25,459 bases of DNA from Gemmatimonadota bacterium (GTDB lineage: Bacteria > Latescibacterota > UBA2968 > UBA8231), in assembly GCA_038128265.1 (NCBI GenBank), contig JAYPJE010000054.1, positions 1-25,459 of the forward strand, written 5' to 3'. Shown piece by piece: positions 1 to 8,070 of the stretch. The position numbers and the translations under genes are program-made. Below the pieces are notes generated by a model. The model was given only the letters and a program-made list of their open reading frames with translations. It did not search any database and was not told the origin of the DNA. How positions within the stretch are numbered: the stretch's first letter is position 1; each line of letters starts with the position of its first letter.

Positions 1-2
1 AT

Positions 3-1889
3 CCACAGGACGAAGTGTGGGCCATTGCCCACAGCGCCGAGCCGGGTGCGGCCGATAATGCCTCGGGGGTTGCGCTCACGCTGGAGATCGCCCACCTGTT
101 GGAAGAGCTAATAGCCAGCGGTCAGCTGGCCAGGCCGCGCCGCAGTATACGCCTGCTAAACGCGTATGAATGCTACGGCTTTTTTGGCTATTTGGAGCGC
201 ACGCGTCGCCTACAGACGCCGCTGGCCGGCGTTTGTATTGATACGCTGGGTCTCAAGCCGATGCACTGCGGCGGGCGCTTGGAATGGCATTCGACCATTC
301 CCATGTCGGCCTCGTTTGTCGATCGCATCGGTGCCTCCGTGCTGCGCGCCGCACTGCGCCGCCATCGCCCCGGTTATGCGCTGCACTTGGAGCCATTTGT
401 ATCGACGTCCGATACGCTAATAGGCGATCCCCAGTACGGCTTTCCCTGCCCCTGGATTACGACGCACCACAAGCGTGCCGGCAGCGGTTTTGACGCCTAT
501 CACTCATCGGCCGATCAGCTCGCCCTGCTCAGTGCTAAGGGCATGGAAACGTGTGCGGCATCGATGGCGGCCTATCTCTACTATCTGGCGAATATGGGCA
601 GTCGCGAAGTGCTTGAAGTAGGACGCATGGAGCGAGCGCACGCCGTGAAGCATGTCGGGCAGGCACCTTCGCGGAAAGAGGCCGAATACCTGCGCGACGT
701 GCACCGCGAGAGCAATGCGCGCCTGCGCCGCTTTCTGTGGGGGGGCGATCGCCGCGCGATTTTGTCCGAGCTAGACGAGGCCGAACGCGAGGTAGCGGCA
801 CTGTGTAGTAAGGCGCGTCCTGCCAAGGGAAAGGGGGCGCTGCCAGCAGGAGCCCGTCATATCCCGCGCCGCACGGCGTTTTTGTCGCCCACGCCCGAAA
901 ACGCGCCGCGTGAGATAGGGGCACGCATTGGCCGTGCGGGCCTGCCCTCGTGGGCGCTGTTTTGGGCTGACGGCAAGCGCAGCATTGCCGAAATTGTCGC
1001 GCGCGTTGAGTGCGAAGAAACGGCTAGCGTGGGCGGCGGTCGCACGCGCGGCCGCGCGGTAGATATGGAAAAAGCCGTTGACTATTTTGCCGCACACGCC
1101 GAACTCGGCTATGTCGAATTGCTCGATCCGCGCGACCTGTTGAGCAAGGCGCGCCTGGTGCAAGACCTGCGGGCATTGGGCATAGAAAAGGGCATGGATC
1201 TGATGGTGCACTCTTCGCTGGGTGCCATCGGCCGCGTGCAGGGCGGTGCGGACACCGTCGTTCGTGCGCTGTTGGAAGTCGTTGGGCGCAGCGGCACGCT
1301 GCTCATGCCTTCGTTTAATCACCGCGCAGCGACCGTATACAACCCGATGACTACGCCTACTACCAACGGCGCCATTCCCGACGCGCTGTGGCGGTTGCCA
1401 CAGGCCGAGCGCAGCATGCATCCGACGCATGCAGTGGCAGCGGTTGGCGCGCGCGCTGCCGAGTACTGCCGCGAGCACCTGGACGTGGGAATTTGGGATG
1501 CGCGTAGCCCGATTGGTAAGTTGGTGCACGGCGGCGGCTATATTCTGGCGCTGGGCACGACGCACTGGACGTCGACGGCCTACCACGTCGCCGAACTGTC
1601 CGTGCCCTGCGGCTGCATTGACTCCTTTGCCAACGAAGATCGCATTGTCGATGCCGACGGCACTGTGCGCCCAGTGCGCGGGCTGGCCTTTCGCAGCGGA
1701 GAATGTCCCGTGTCCATCGATGCGCTCGAGGCGGCGCTCGATCGACGCAGCCTACAGCGCCGTGGGCTCGTGGGGCAGGCCTCAGCCGAATTGGTGCTGG
1801 CGCGCGATCTGTGGCGAGTGCGGCGCGAGCAGCTGCGCCGTGCCTGTCCAACGTGCGCGGTTAAGCCGAATATCCGCCCCAGAGACTAG
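3..1889 (+). CDS. Fusion protein, 5'-partial: M28/DUF4910 aminopeptidase-like domain + winged helix + AAC(3)-family (Antibiotic_NAT) N-acetyltransferase
   Basis: Frame is open from position 3 (PQDEVWAIAH...). M28-type motifs: H..EPGAADNASG, AYECYG, CIDTLG, YHSSAD. wHTH-like segment WADGKRSIAEI...LGYVEL. AAC(3) motifs: LVQDLRALG, MVHSSL, GGADTVVRAL, GTLLMPSF, HPTHAVAAVG, TAYHVAE. Confidence 0.85.
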   Translation, partial: PQDEVWAIAHSAEPGAADNASGVALTLEIAHLLEELIASGQLARPRRSIRLLNAYECYGFFGYLERTRRLQTPLAGVCIDTLGLKPMHCGGRLEWHSTIPMSASFVDRIGASVLRAALRRHRPGYALHLEPFVSTSDTLIGDPQYGFPCPWITTHHKRAGSGFDAYHSSADQLALLSAKGMETCAASMAAYLYYLANMGSREVLEVGRMERAHAVKHVGQAPSRKEAEYLRDVHRESNARLRRFLWGGDRRAILSELDEAEREVAALCSKARPAKGKGALPAGARHIPRRTAFLSPTPENAPREIGARIGRAGLPSWALFWADGKRSIAEIVARVECEETASVGGGRTRGRAVDMEKAVDYFAAHAELGYVELLDPRDLLSKARLVQDLRALGIEKGMDLMVHSSLGAIGRVQGGADTVVRALLEVVGRSGTLLMPSFNHRAATVYNPMTTPTTNGAIPDALWRLPQAERSMHPTHAVAAVGARAAEYCREHLDVGIWDARSPIGKLVHGGGYILALGTTHWTSTAYHVAELSVPCGCIDSFANEDRIVDADGTVRPVRGLAFRSGECPVSIDALEAALDRRSLQRRGLVGQASAELVLARDLWRVRREQLRRACPTCAVKPNIRPRD

Positions 1890-1917
1890 GCCGGCTGATG
1901 CGCTGTCAGTACAAGGG

Positions 1918-1950
1918 AACGGGGCGGCCCAAAGAATGGGCCGCCCCGTT
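1918..1950. terminator. Probable bidirectional intrinsic terminator hairpin
   Basis: Perfect 14-bp inverted repeat AACGGGGCGGCCCA-aagaa-TGGGCCGCCCCGTT between two convergent genes; U-tracts are short on both strands. Confidence 0.7.
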
Positions 1951-1979
1951 TGCCGCAGTGCTGTAAAGTGCGCGGGCGC

Positions 1980-2903
1980 CTATTGGCCCAGACCTAAATG
2001 CTGTATGATGATATCCGGTAGCTCGCGTATCTGCTCTTTGGACAGATAGGCATCGGCGCCGACCTGCTTGCACTTAACGGCTACCTGTTCGGAAATCATC
2101 GAAGAAAGTATAATGACTTTGCTCGGCGATTTGCTCTCTTTCAGCTTTCGGCAGAGCGTTAGACCATCGAGCTGCGGCATTTCTATGTCGGAGACGACGA
2201 ATTCATAGGGTGCGGCGCGGTTGGCCTCAATCGCAGCAAAGGCCTTGGCTCCGTCGTCGCAAATGGTCAGGTTAAAGAAACCCTGTTGCGAGAGCAGGGC
2301 TTCGGTCTGCTCGCGAACCAGGTGCGAGTCATCGGCTATCAGGATTTTCGTGCTCTGTCGGATGGCCCGCTCTTCCCTCGACAGATTGCGCACGCTGTCT
2401 TCGTTATCTTCCAGCTCACTGCCGCCGCTTATATCGTCGATTATGGCTTCAAAGTCGATGAGCAGGACGTCATTGCCCTCCGCCGTAACAATGCCGGTCA
2501 CCATGGAATCGCCCTCTGATATGATGGACGTCGGTGCCTGGATCTGATCCCAGCTGCAGCGAAAGATGCGATCGACTGCATCAATGAGAAATCCCTGGTG
2601 CGAGTTGTTGAATTCGCAGACGACTACGACCTGGGGCGATGAAGATTCGATTGGCTTCCTGTCTGGGAAGAGGTAGCAATTGAGATCGGTCAGCAGAATG
2701 GGCACCTCGTGAAAAAGAAAGGTACCCTTGATAGCCGGATGGATATCGGGGGCGTGGAGCGTGGCGATTTTGTCCGGATCGTAGGAAATAATCTGCTTGA
2801 TCTTGAGCACGTTGACCCCGAACAGCTGGCCGCTAATAAGTAGCTCGAGTACTTCCAGTTCGTTGGTGCCCGCTTCTAGGAGAATGCCGGAATTTTCGTT
2901 CAT
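1980..2903 (-). CDS. cheV: Chemotaxis coupling protein CheV (CheW domain + receiver domain)
   Basis: N-terminal ILLEAGTNELEVLE, FGVNVLKIKQI and GFLIDAVDRI...SWDQI are CheV/CheW-like. Receiver domain has ILIADDS, VVSDIEMPQLDG (phosphoacceptor Asp) and GADAYLSK. SD AAGGA at 2908-2912 (minus strand). Confidence 0.9.
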   Translation of the reverse strand: MNENSGILLEAGTNELEVLELLISGQLFGVNVLKIKQIISYDPDKIATLHAPDIHPAIKGTFLFHEVPILLTDLNCYLFPDRKPIESSSPQVVVVCEFNNSHQGFLIDAVDRIFRCSWDQIQAPTSIISEGDSMVTGIVTAEGNDVLLIDFEAIIDDISGGSELEDNEDSVRNLSREERAIRQSTKILIADDSHLVREQTEALLSQQGFFNLTICDDGAKAFAAIEANRAAPYEFVVSDIEMPQLDGLTLCRKLKESKSPSKVIILSSMISEQVAVKCKQVGADAYLSKEQIRELPDIIIQHLGLGQ

Positions 2904-2942
2904 GATGTCCTTGCTAATCGTTATTTATAAAGCACTTAATTA

Positions 2943-2972
2943 ATTATACCATAAAACGTTCAGAATAAACAA
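2943..2972 (-). promoter_or_regulatory. Putative sigma70 promoter of cheV (extended -10)
   Basis: Minus strand TTGTTT-N18-TATAAT with TG at the extended -10 position (TGGTATAAT), inside an AT-rich intergenic stretch. Confidence 0.6.
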
Positions 2973-3045
2973 TAATTTTCTTGAGGCCTGTGGGCACAGT
3001 GATTTTTGTGATGTTCTGCCTCTGTCGAGGGGTGGATCGAGCCGG

Positions 3046-3933
3046 CTAATCCGTGGGCCAGCGATAAAATGTGCGCGGGCTGGTATCGGCTTTAGCCACC
3101 TTCCAGGCGTCGAGCCACTGAGCATACGTCGTTGTCGCATGTGTCTGACTGCGCGCCAATATGCCGGGCAGCGGGCGACCGCAGGGCTTGCGCGCGTCGT
3201 TCCAGCGCAGATCTAAGCTCCAGCGCACGGCGTGGCTGCGATTGGGCAGCGAGCCGTGCGGCGTGCGGCCGTGCAGCAAGATGAGACCGCCGCGCCGCAC
3301 GGGGAGGGCGACGGGCGTGTCCGCTGGCACGAGTTGGGGGTCGATAGTCCAGCCGTAGGGACAGCGCACGTGGCGCAAAATGTCGCCCTGATGCAGCCGC
3401 GGAAAGAGGTGCAGCGTGCCGTTTTCGACGTCGGCATCGACGAGCGGGATCCAGGTTGTCACGACCAGCGTTTCGTCGGCCTCCGGCAGCAATACCGCAG
3501 CGTCTTGGTGAAAGGGTGACTGCTGTATCCAGTGGTCAAATCCGGCTGGCAAGAGGGTCTCGGGCAGCTTGGGGCGCACGTGCTGAGTCGGGTTGCAAAA
3601 AATTTCTGGCCCGACGATATCTCCAACGATATCCAATAGTTCGGGGGCACAGAGGAAGTCGTAGACGGCGCGGCGCAGGTTGTTGGGAAACGATAGGTCG
3701 GCCTGCAGAGACAGGCCTGCCTGCTGGGTCAGCAGGGCAATGCGCTGGTCGAAGGGCGCGTCTGCGCACAGGTCGCCAATGTGCCCTTCGGCATAGAGGC
3801 GCTGGGCGGCTTCTTCAATCAGCGCTTCAAAATCAGCCGTTAGTGCGTCCAGCGTGTCGGGTGCGAGGGCGTCTTCCACCACGAGAAACCCTTCGCGGTG
3901 GAAAGCCTCAACCTGTGTGGGGCGGAGTGCCAT
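3046..3933 (-). CDS. Phytanoyl-CoA dioxygenase (PhyH) family Fe(II)/2-oxoglutarate dioxygenase
   Basis: Begins MALRPTQVEAFHREGFLVV, a typical PhyH start. Contains FHQD, TTWIPLVDADVENG and HGSLPNRS..RWSLDLR. Start set at ATG 3933 after AAAGG; the ORF-track extension to 4335 is not used. Confidence 0.9.
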   Translation of the reverse strand: MALRPTQVEAFHREGFLVVEDALAPDTLDALTADFEALIEEAAQRLYAEGHIGDLCADAPFDQRIALLTQQAGLSLQADLSFPNNLRRAVYDFLCAPELLDIVGDIVGPEIFCNPTQHVRPKLPETLLPAGFDHWIQQSPFHQDAAVLLPEADETLVVTTWIPLVDADVENGTLHLFPRLHQGDILRHVRCPYGWTIDPQLVPADTPVALPVRRGGLILLHGRTPHGSLPNRSHAVRWSLDLRWNDARKPCGRPLPGILARSQTHATTTYAQWLDAWKVAKADTSPRTFYRWPTD

Positions 3934-4062
3934 TGTGGGCCTTTGTACGCATAAAAGAGCAAGCAGTTGCCTGTGCACTTGCTTGGTATAGACCGAAAAG
4001 ATGCTGCATACACTACGGTGAACGCGGGCGTGGATCAAGGATTTTGGGTCCGTTGGGCTGAG

Positions 4063-4091
4063 TTGAGAGGCTGCTGGCATTGCGCTATCTT
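4063..4091 (+). promoter_or_regulatory. Possible sigma70 promoter for the TIM-barrel gene
   Basis: TTGAGA-N17-TATCTT in the divergent intergenic region. Confidence 0.35.
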
Positions 4092-4186
4092 GTCTGCTTG
4101 AGGCACGCGGTTGGATGTGAAACTGCGCCGTGCAATCGAGTGCCCTACACGCAGGCAATACATCACTAGAACATGTGGAGGACGTA

Positions 4187-5017
4187 GTGGCAGAACCGTT
4201 TAAACTGTGCATTTTGTTTGGCGACAAACCGGAAATAAGACCGCCGGAGCAAATCGGCGATGCGTGGGACCTGTGCGAAATTCCCGTAGCGCTGCAGGTA
4301 AAACCCTTTGAGAGCGAGGCCATTTGGTCGGCCAAGAAAGCAGAGATCGAAGCGTGGGGCTTGCCGCCTGTGCGCGTTGCCAGTCACTTTCTGCAGTTTT
4401 GGGGTTTGAAGGCGGTGGGCCCCGATGTCGATTGGGAACAGGTGGAGTTTTGGACGCGGCGCGCCTTCCGCCGCTTAGCCGATATTGGTGTGGAAGTAGC
4501 TGGAATCTACGGCGGTTTTTTTGCGGTGCCCGAAGGGTTTGCGCGGGGCGAGGCCGAAGTGCAGGCCGAGCGCTTTTGCCACCTGCTAGCCGACCATGCC
4601 GAAGCGCACGGAATTGTGGTGGCGCTGGAGGCCTTTTCAGATCTGACGACGCTCTTTCCACGCTATCTCGACAGCATCGCATTCGCGAAGAGGGTAGACC
4701 GGCCGTCGATCAAAGTGATGGCCGACCTCAACTACTTTCTAAAGCTGGACCAGCCGCTCGAAGATATTGCAAAGGAGCCGGAGTGGTGCGCCCATGTGCA
4801 TATAGCCGAAGGTGGAGGGCAGCCGGGCTCGGGCGAACGCGAGCCCATCTACGAACGCCTATTTCGCATTTTGCGCGATGCGGGCTACGAGGGGGGCGTC
4901 TCGTGTGCCTGCGCGTGGGTTAGCACCGAAGGCGGCGATTTAGACTTTGGCAGAGAAACCGCCAAAACGCTGGACTATCTGCAGGATCTGCGCGCCAGAA
5001 TATACGCCGAAGGGTAA
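4187..5017 (+). CDS. Sugar phosphate isomerase/epimerase (xylose-isomerase-like TIM barrel, AP endonuclease 2 family)
   Basis: GTG start preceded by GGAGG (4177-4181). Motifs GIVVALEAF, VMADLNYF, HVHIAE and LRDAGYEGGVS. Confidence 0.8.
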   Translation: MAEPFKLCILFGDKPEIRPPEQIGDAWDLCEIPVALQVKPFESEAIWSAKKAEIEAWGLPPVRVASHFLQFWGLKAVGPDVDWEQVEFWTRRAFRRLADIGVEVAGIYGGFFAVPEGFARGEAEVQAERFCHLLADHAEAHGIVVALEAFSDLTTLFPRYLDSIAFAKRVDRPSIKVMADLNYFLKLDQPLEDIAKEPEWCAHVHIAEGGGQPGSGEREPIYERLFRILRDAGYEGGVSCACAWVSTEGGDLDFGRETAKTLDYLQDLRARIYAEG

Positions 5018-5107
5018 TTTATTTGCGCCCCGACTTAATTCGCCCGTTTTGCCGCCGATAGGTTAAGAGAGCAGGTTGTTTATCCCATCGATATCGACGA
5101 GGGCATT

Positions 5108-5509
5108 TTGCTGGGTCGGGTCATCCTATTTGTGCTGTGTGCGCTGGGCTGCGCGTGGGCGGTACACGCTGCCGTTTGGGGCCGCGGCGTCGATCGCAGT
5201 CGCGCTGGCGAGCGCTTGCTCGTTCACGAAATGGCGCAGATGGATGCCTGCATCGAGCCAATGCATACGGTGTCGGTGAGCGAGTTGCCCATCGTTCACA
5301 TAAGTGCCATCGGTCGCGCATTTGGCGTGCCGCCGGCGTCGCTGCGCCAGTTTCGCCGCGGCTATTCGCTGGCACCAGAAGGGCATCGACTGCGCCAGAC
5401 GCGCTGGTACACGATCTGGTATGACGCTTTTCCCGGCAGCGGTGGTCCCGGGCAGCTAACGCTGCGCGTGGGATCGGACGGAACGATTATCGAGCAGAAG
5501 CGCTGGTAG
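5108..5509 (+). CDS. Hypothetical exported or membrane-anchored protein (about 133 aa)
   Basis: TTG start after GAGGG; hydrophobic N-terminus (VILFVLCALGCAWAVHAAVW); fills the gap between flanking genes. No family recognised. Confidence 0.55.
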   Translation: MLGRVILFVLCALGCAWAVHAAVWGRGVDRSRAGERLLVHEMAQMDACIEPMHTVSVSELPIVHISAIGRAFGVPPASLRQFRRGYSLAPEGHRLRQTRWYTIWYDAFPGSGGPGQLTLRVGSDGTIIEQKRW

Positions 5510-5708
5510 CCGCCGCTGCGCACGCGCGGTGCGCCCTCGTCAGTTCAAAGCGAACGGATGGCACGTCCCCCGTATGTGCGCTTGGCAAATCTGTTCGCAA
5601 CAGAGCGATATCCATTCCCCAAACAGGTGTTTTTTGTTTTTTCGCAACGCGGTGTGCGCCGGGGTGCTGTGCGTAATGGAATGCATATAGCCCCTTGCCG
5701 CCAGAGTG

Positions 5709-5737
5709 GGGAACGCGCTTTTTAGGGAACCCGCTTT
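5709..5737 (+). promoter_or_regulatory. Tandem 13-bp direct repeat, candidate transcription-factor operator
   Basis: GGGAACGCGCTTT (5709-5721) and GGGAACCCGCTTT (5725-5737), 12/13 identical with a 16-bp period, ending 8 nt before the SD (AAGGA, 5746-5750). Confidence 0.45.
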
Positions 5738-5755
5738 CATGCCGCAAGGATACGC

Positions 5756-7912
5756 TTGGACAGACAGATACCACCCATTTACGATGAGTATTTAGCCAGC
5801 CGTCAGGAAGCGACGTTGGTCGGCACCAGCGCGCGCGCAGGTCTGTCGGCACGCGGCTTTTGGGTGGGCTCTTTTCTCAGCTTTTTGCTGGCTGTTGGCT
5901 CGCCCTACGCCAATATGGCTATGCGCGCTAGTAATATGTCGTTCGACTTCAATACGCCGGGTGCCATCTTTCTCTTTCTCTTTCTCATTGGACTGATTAA
6001 CGCGCTCTTTAAATGGGTGGCGCGCAGCACCGCGCTGTGCACGGGTGTGGCCGCCACGGCAGCACTGGCCTATATCGCTCACTACGTGCACGCCGGTGCC
6101 GTCGACATATATAAACCCGGCTTTTGGCTGGCCTCCTTTATCGTCGTTTCGCTGTGGATGAGCGTGCCCATCGTGCAGCGCGGCAGCAGCCTAGCGCTCA
6201 ACCGGGCCGAACTCGTGCTCGTCTACGTTATGCTGATGGTCGTTTCGTCGCTGTGTACGATGGGCATGACGCAGCAGCTATTGCCGACGATTACGGCATT
6301 TTTCTACTACGCCACGCCCGAGAATGGGTGGATTGAAAAACTGATGCCGCTGGGCTCGGAGCGCGTGCTCTTTAATGACGGGCAGCAGAGCACGGGGTTT
6401 TACGAGGGAGGCCTTGCCGAGGTGCCCTACTCGGCGTGGGTTGAGCCGCTGCTGTGGTGGGCCATTTTTCTACTCGCCCTTTACGCGTCGATGGTGGCTA
6501 CGGCGGTGATCCTGCGTCGCCAGTGGATGGAGCGCGAGCGCCTGGCCTATCCGCTGACTCAGGTCGGTTTGGCGATGGTCGCAGGAGAGGACGAAAAGCG
6601 CCTGCTCAACGGGTTTTTGCGCCGCCCTGCCCTGTGGTGTGGGGTCGCTATTCCCCTCTTCTTTGGGTCGCTTACGGCGTTGCATCGCTACGATCCGTCC
6701 ATGCCGGTGGTCAACCTTATTTGGACGGGCGAATTTATTGGTTCGCAGCGTCTGCAGTACCGCATCAGCTTCGCCCTGCTGGGCTTTTCCTATCTCATCA
6801 GCACGCAGGTAGCGGCTGGTATCTGGATCTTTCACCTGCTATCAAAGATAGAGGCCGAGTTTATTGCCGTGGCCGGCCTGAAGTCGACGAGCAAATTTGT
6901 CTACGGTGTAGCGGACCAACCCCTGTTGGCCTATCAGGGCGGGGGCGCGCTGCTGGCGATGGTATTGCTGGGTCTGTGGGTCGGTCGCGATCATCTCCGA
7001 GACGTTTTTGCCAAGGCGCTGGGGCGCGCGCCAGAAGTGGAAGACGGCGATGAGATTATGTCCTATCGCGCGGCCGTTGTTTGCCTAGTGGGCGGCCTGC
7101 TGGTCATGATCGGCTGGCTGTGGACTATGGGCACAGTGCTGTGGGTCGCAGCCCTCTTTGTCGTCTTGGCCCTGCTTATTTTTATCGGCATTAGCCGCGT
7201 GGTGGCCGAGGCCGGACTGGCGGCGGTGCGCTCGCCGATGATTGCGCCCGATTTGGTCATACAGGGCATTGGCACGCAGTGGATCGGAGCAGGCAGCGTA
7301 TTCAATCTGTCGATGGCCTATATATGGGCCGCTGATATCCGCATTTTTCTTATGGCGATGTTGGCCAATGGTTTGAAGCTTATCGAGAACATGGACCGCC
7401 GCAGCCGTCGCCTGGTATTTCACGGCGTGGTGTTGGCCATTTTTATTGGCGCGGTGGGGTCGTGCTGGATGGTCATGCACATGGCCTATAAGTACGGCGG
7501 CATCAACCTCGATGGCTGGCGCTTTCGCGGCGGTCCCGAGACCATCTACAACAACGCCGTGCGCAACCTAGAGCCGCTCGGCGTCGACTGGATGGGCGTG
7601 AGCTTTTTGGCCGGCGGAGCCGTTATTATGCTGCTGCTGACCTGGGCACGACAGTACTTGCTGTGGTGGCCGCTGCATCCCATTGGGTTTCCCATCGGCG
7701 CCAACTTTATGATGAACAAAGTGTGGTTGAGCGTCGCCATTGCCTGGCTGTTGAAGAAAGCCATTCTGCGCTACGGCGGTGCGGCGCGCTACCAGAGCAG
7801 CCAGTATTTCTTTCTCGGACTGATTTTAGGTGAAGCGCTGTGCAACGGCCTGTGGATTGTAATCGACTATTTTACTGGAAAAGTCGGCAACGCCATTTTC
7901 AATTTGGGTTAG
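5756..7912 (+). CDS. DUF6785/DUF6784-type polytopic membrane protein (putative transporter)
   Basis: 718 aa with many hydrophobic segments. Motifs recalled for this family: AELVLVYVML, ILRRQWMERERLAYPL, RVVAEAG, AYKYGG, WWPLHPIGF, ILRYGG..Y....FFLGLILGE. TTG start with SD AAGGA. Confidence 0.8.
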   Translation: MDRQIPPIYDEYLASRQEATLVGTSARAGLSARGFWVGSFLSFLLAVGSPYANMAMRASNMSFDFNTPGAIFLFLFLIGLINALFKWVARSTALCTGVAATAALAYIAHYVHAGAVDIYKPGFWLASFIVVSLWMSVPIVQRGSSLALNRAELVLVYVMLMVVSSLCTMGMTQQLLPTITAFFYYATPENGWIEKLMPLGSERVLFNDGQQSTGFYEGGLAEVPYSAWVEPLLWWAIFLLALYASMVATAVILRRQWMERERLAYPLTQVGLAMVAGEDEKRLLNGFLRRPALWCGVAIPLFFGSLTALHRYDPSMPVVNLIWTGEFIGSQRLQYRISFALLGFSYLISTQVAAGIWIFHLLSKIEAEFIAVAGLKSTSKFVYGVADQPLLAYQGGGALLAMVLLGLWVGRDHLRDVFAKALGRAPEVEDGDEIMSYRAAVVCLVGGLLVMIGWLWTMGTVLWVAALFVVLALLIFIGISRVVAEAGLAAVRSPMIAPDLVIQGIGTQWIGAGSVFNLSMAYIWAADIRIFLMAMLANGLKLIENMDRRSRRLVFHGVVLAIFIGAVGSCWMVMHMAYKYGGINLDGWRFRGGPETIYNNAVRNLEPLGVDWMGVSFLAGGAVIMLLLTWARQYLLWWPLHPIGFPIGANFMMNKVWLSVAIAWLLKKAILRYGGAARYQSSQYFFLGLILGEALCNGLWIVIDYFTGKVGNAIFNLG

Positions 7913-8000
7913 ACGCAGCGCCGCCAGTCGACTATTCAAGCACATAAACTAGCTTGTATGGGAGGGCAACGGACCCTTTACCGCTGCACAGGTTCGCGGG

Positions 8001-8029
8001 TTGACACGCTGTCTACCAGGTGCTAAGAT
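8001..8029 (+). promoter_or_regulatory. Near-consensus sigma70 promoter of the sulfatase operon
   Basis: TTGACA (8001-8006) - 17 nt - TAAGAT (8024-8029), with extended -10 TG at 8021-8022. Confidence 0.75.
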
Positions 8030-8070
8030 GAGCCCACCTGTATCCAGCGCGCATCGGGAGGGAGGACGCA

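Noticed and set aside
1137..1889. Calling the AAC(3) domain a true aminoglycoside-resistance gene
   Set aside because: It is fused to a peptidase-like domain, has no mobile context, and family membership does not establish substrate.
3934..4335. 134-codon N-terminal extension of the PhyH ORF in the ORF track
   Set aside because: It overlaps the opposite-strand TIM-barrel gene and spans the divergent promoter region; a typical PhyH start with SD exists at 3933.
5510..5755. Riboswitch/ncRNA or sigma54 promoter in the long intergenic region
   Set aside because: No recognisable riboswitch core; the TGGCACG and TTGGCA elements lack GG-N10-GC spacing. A covariance-model search would be needed to exclude an RNA.
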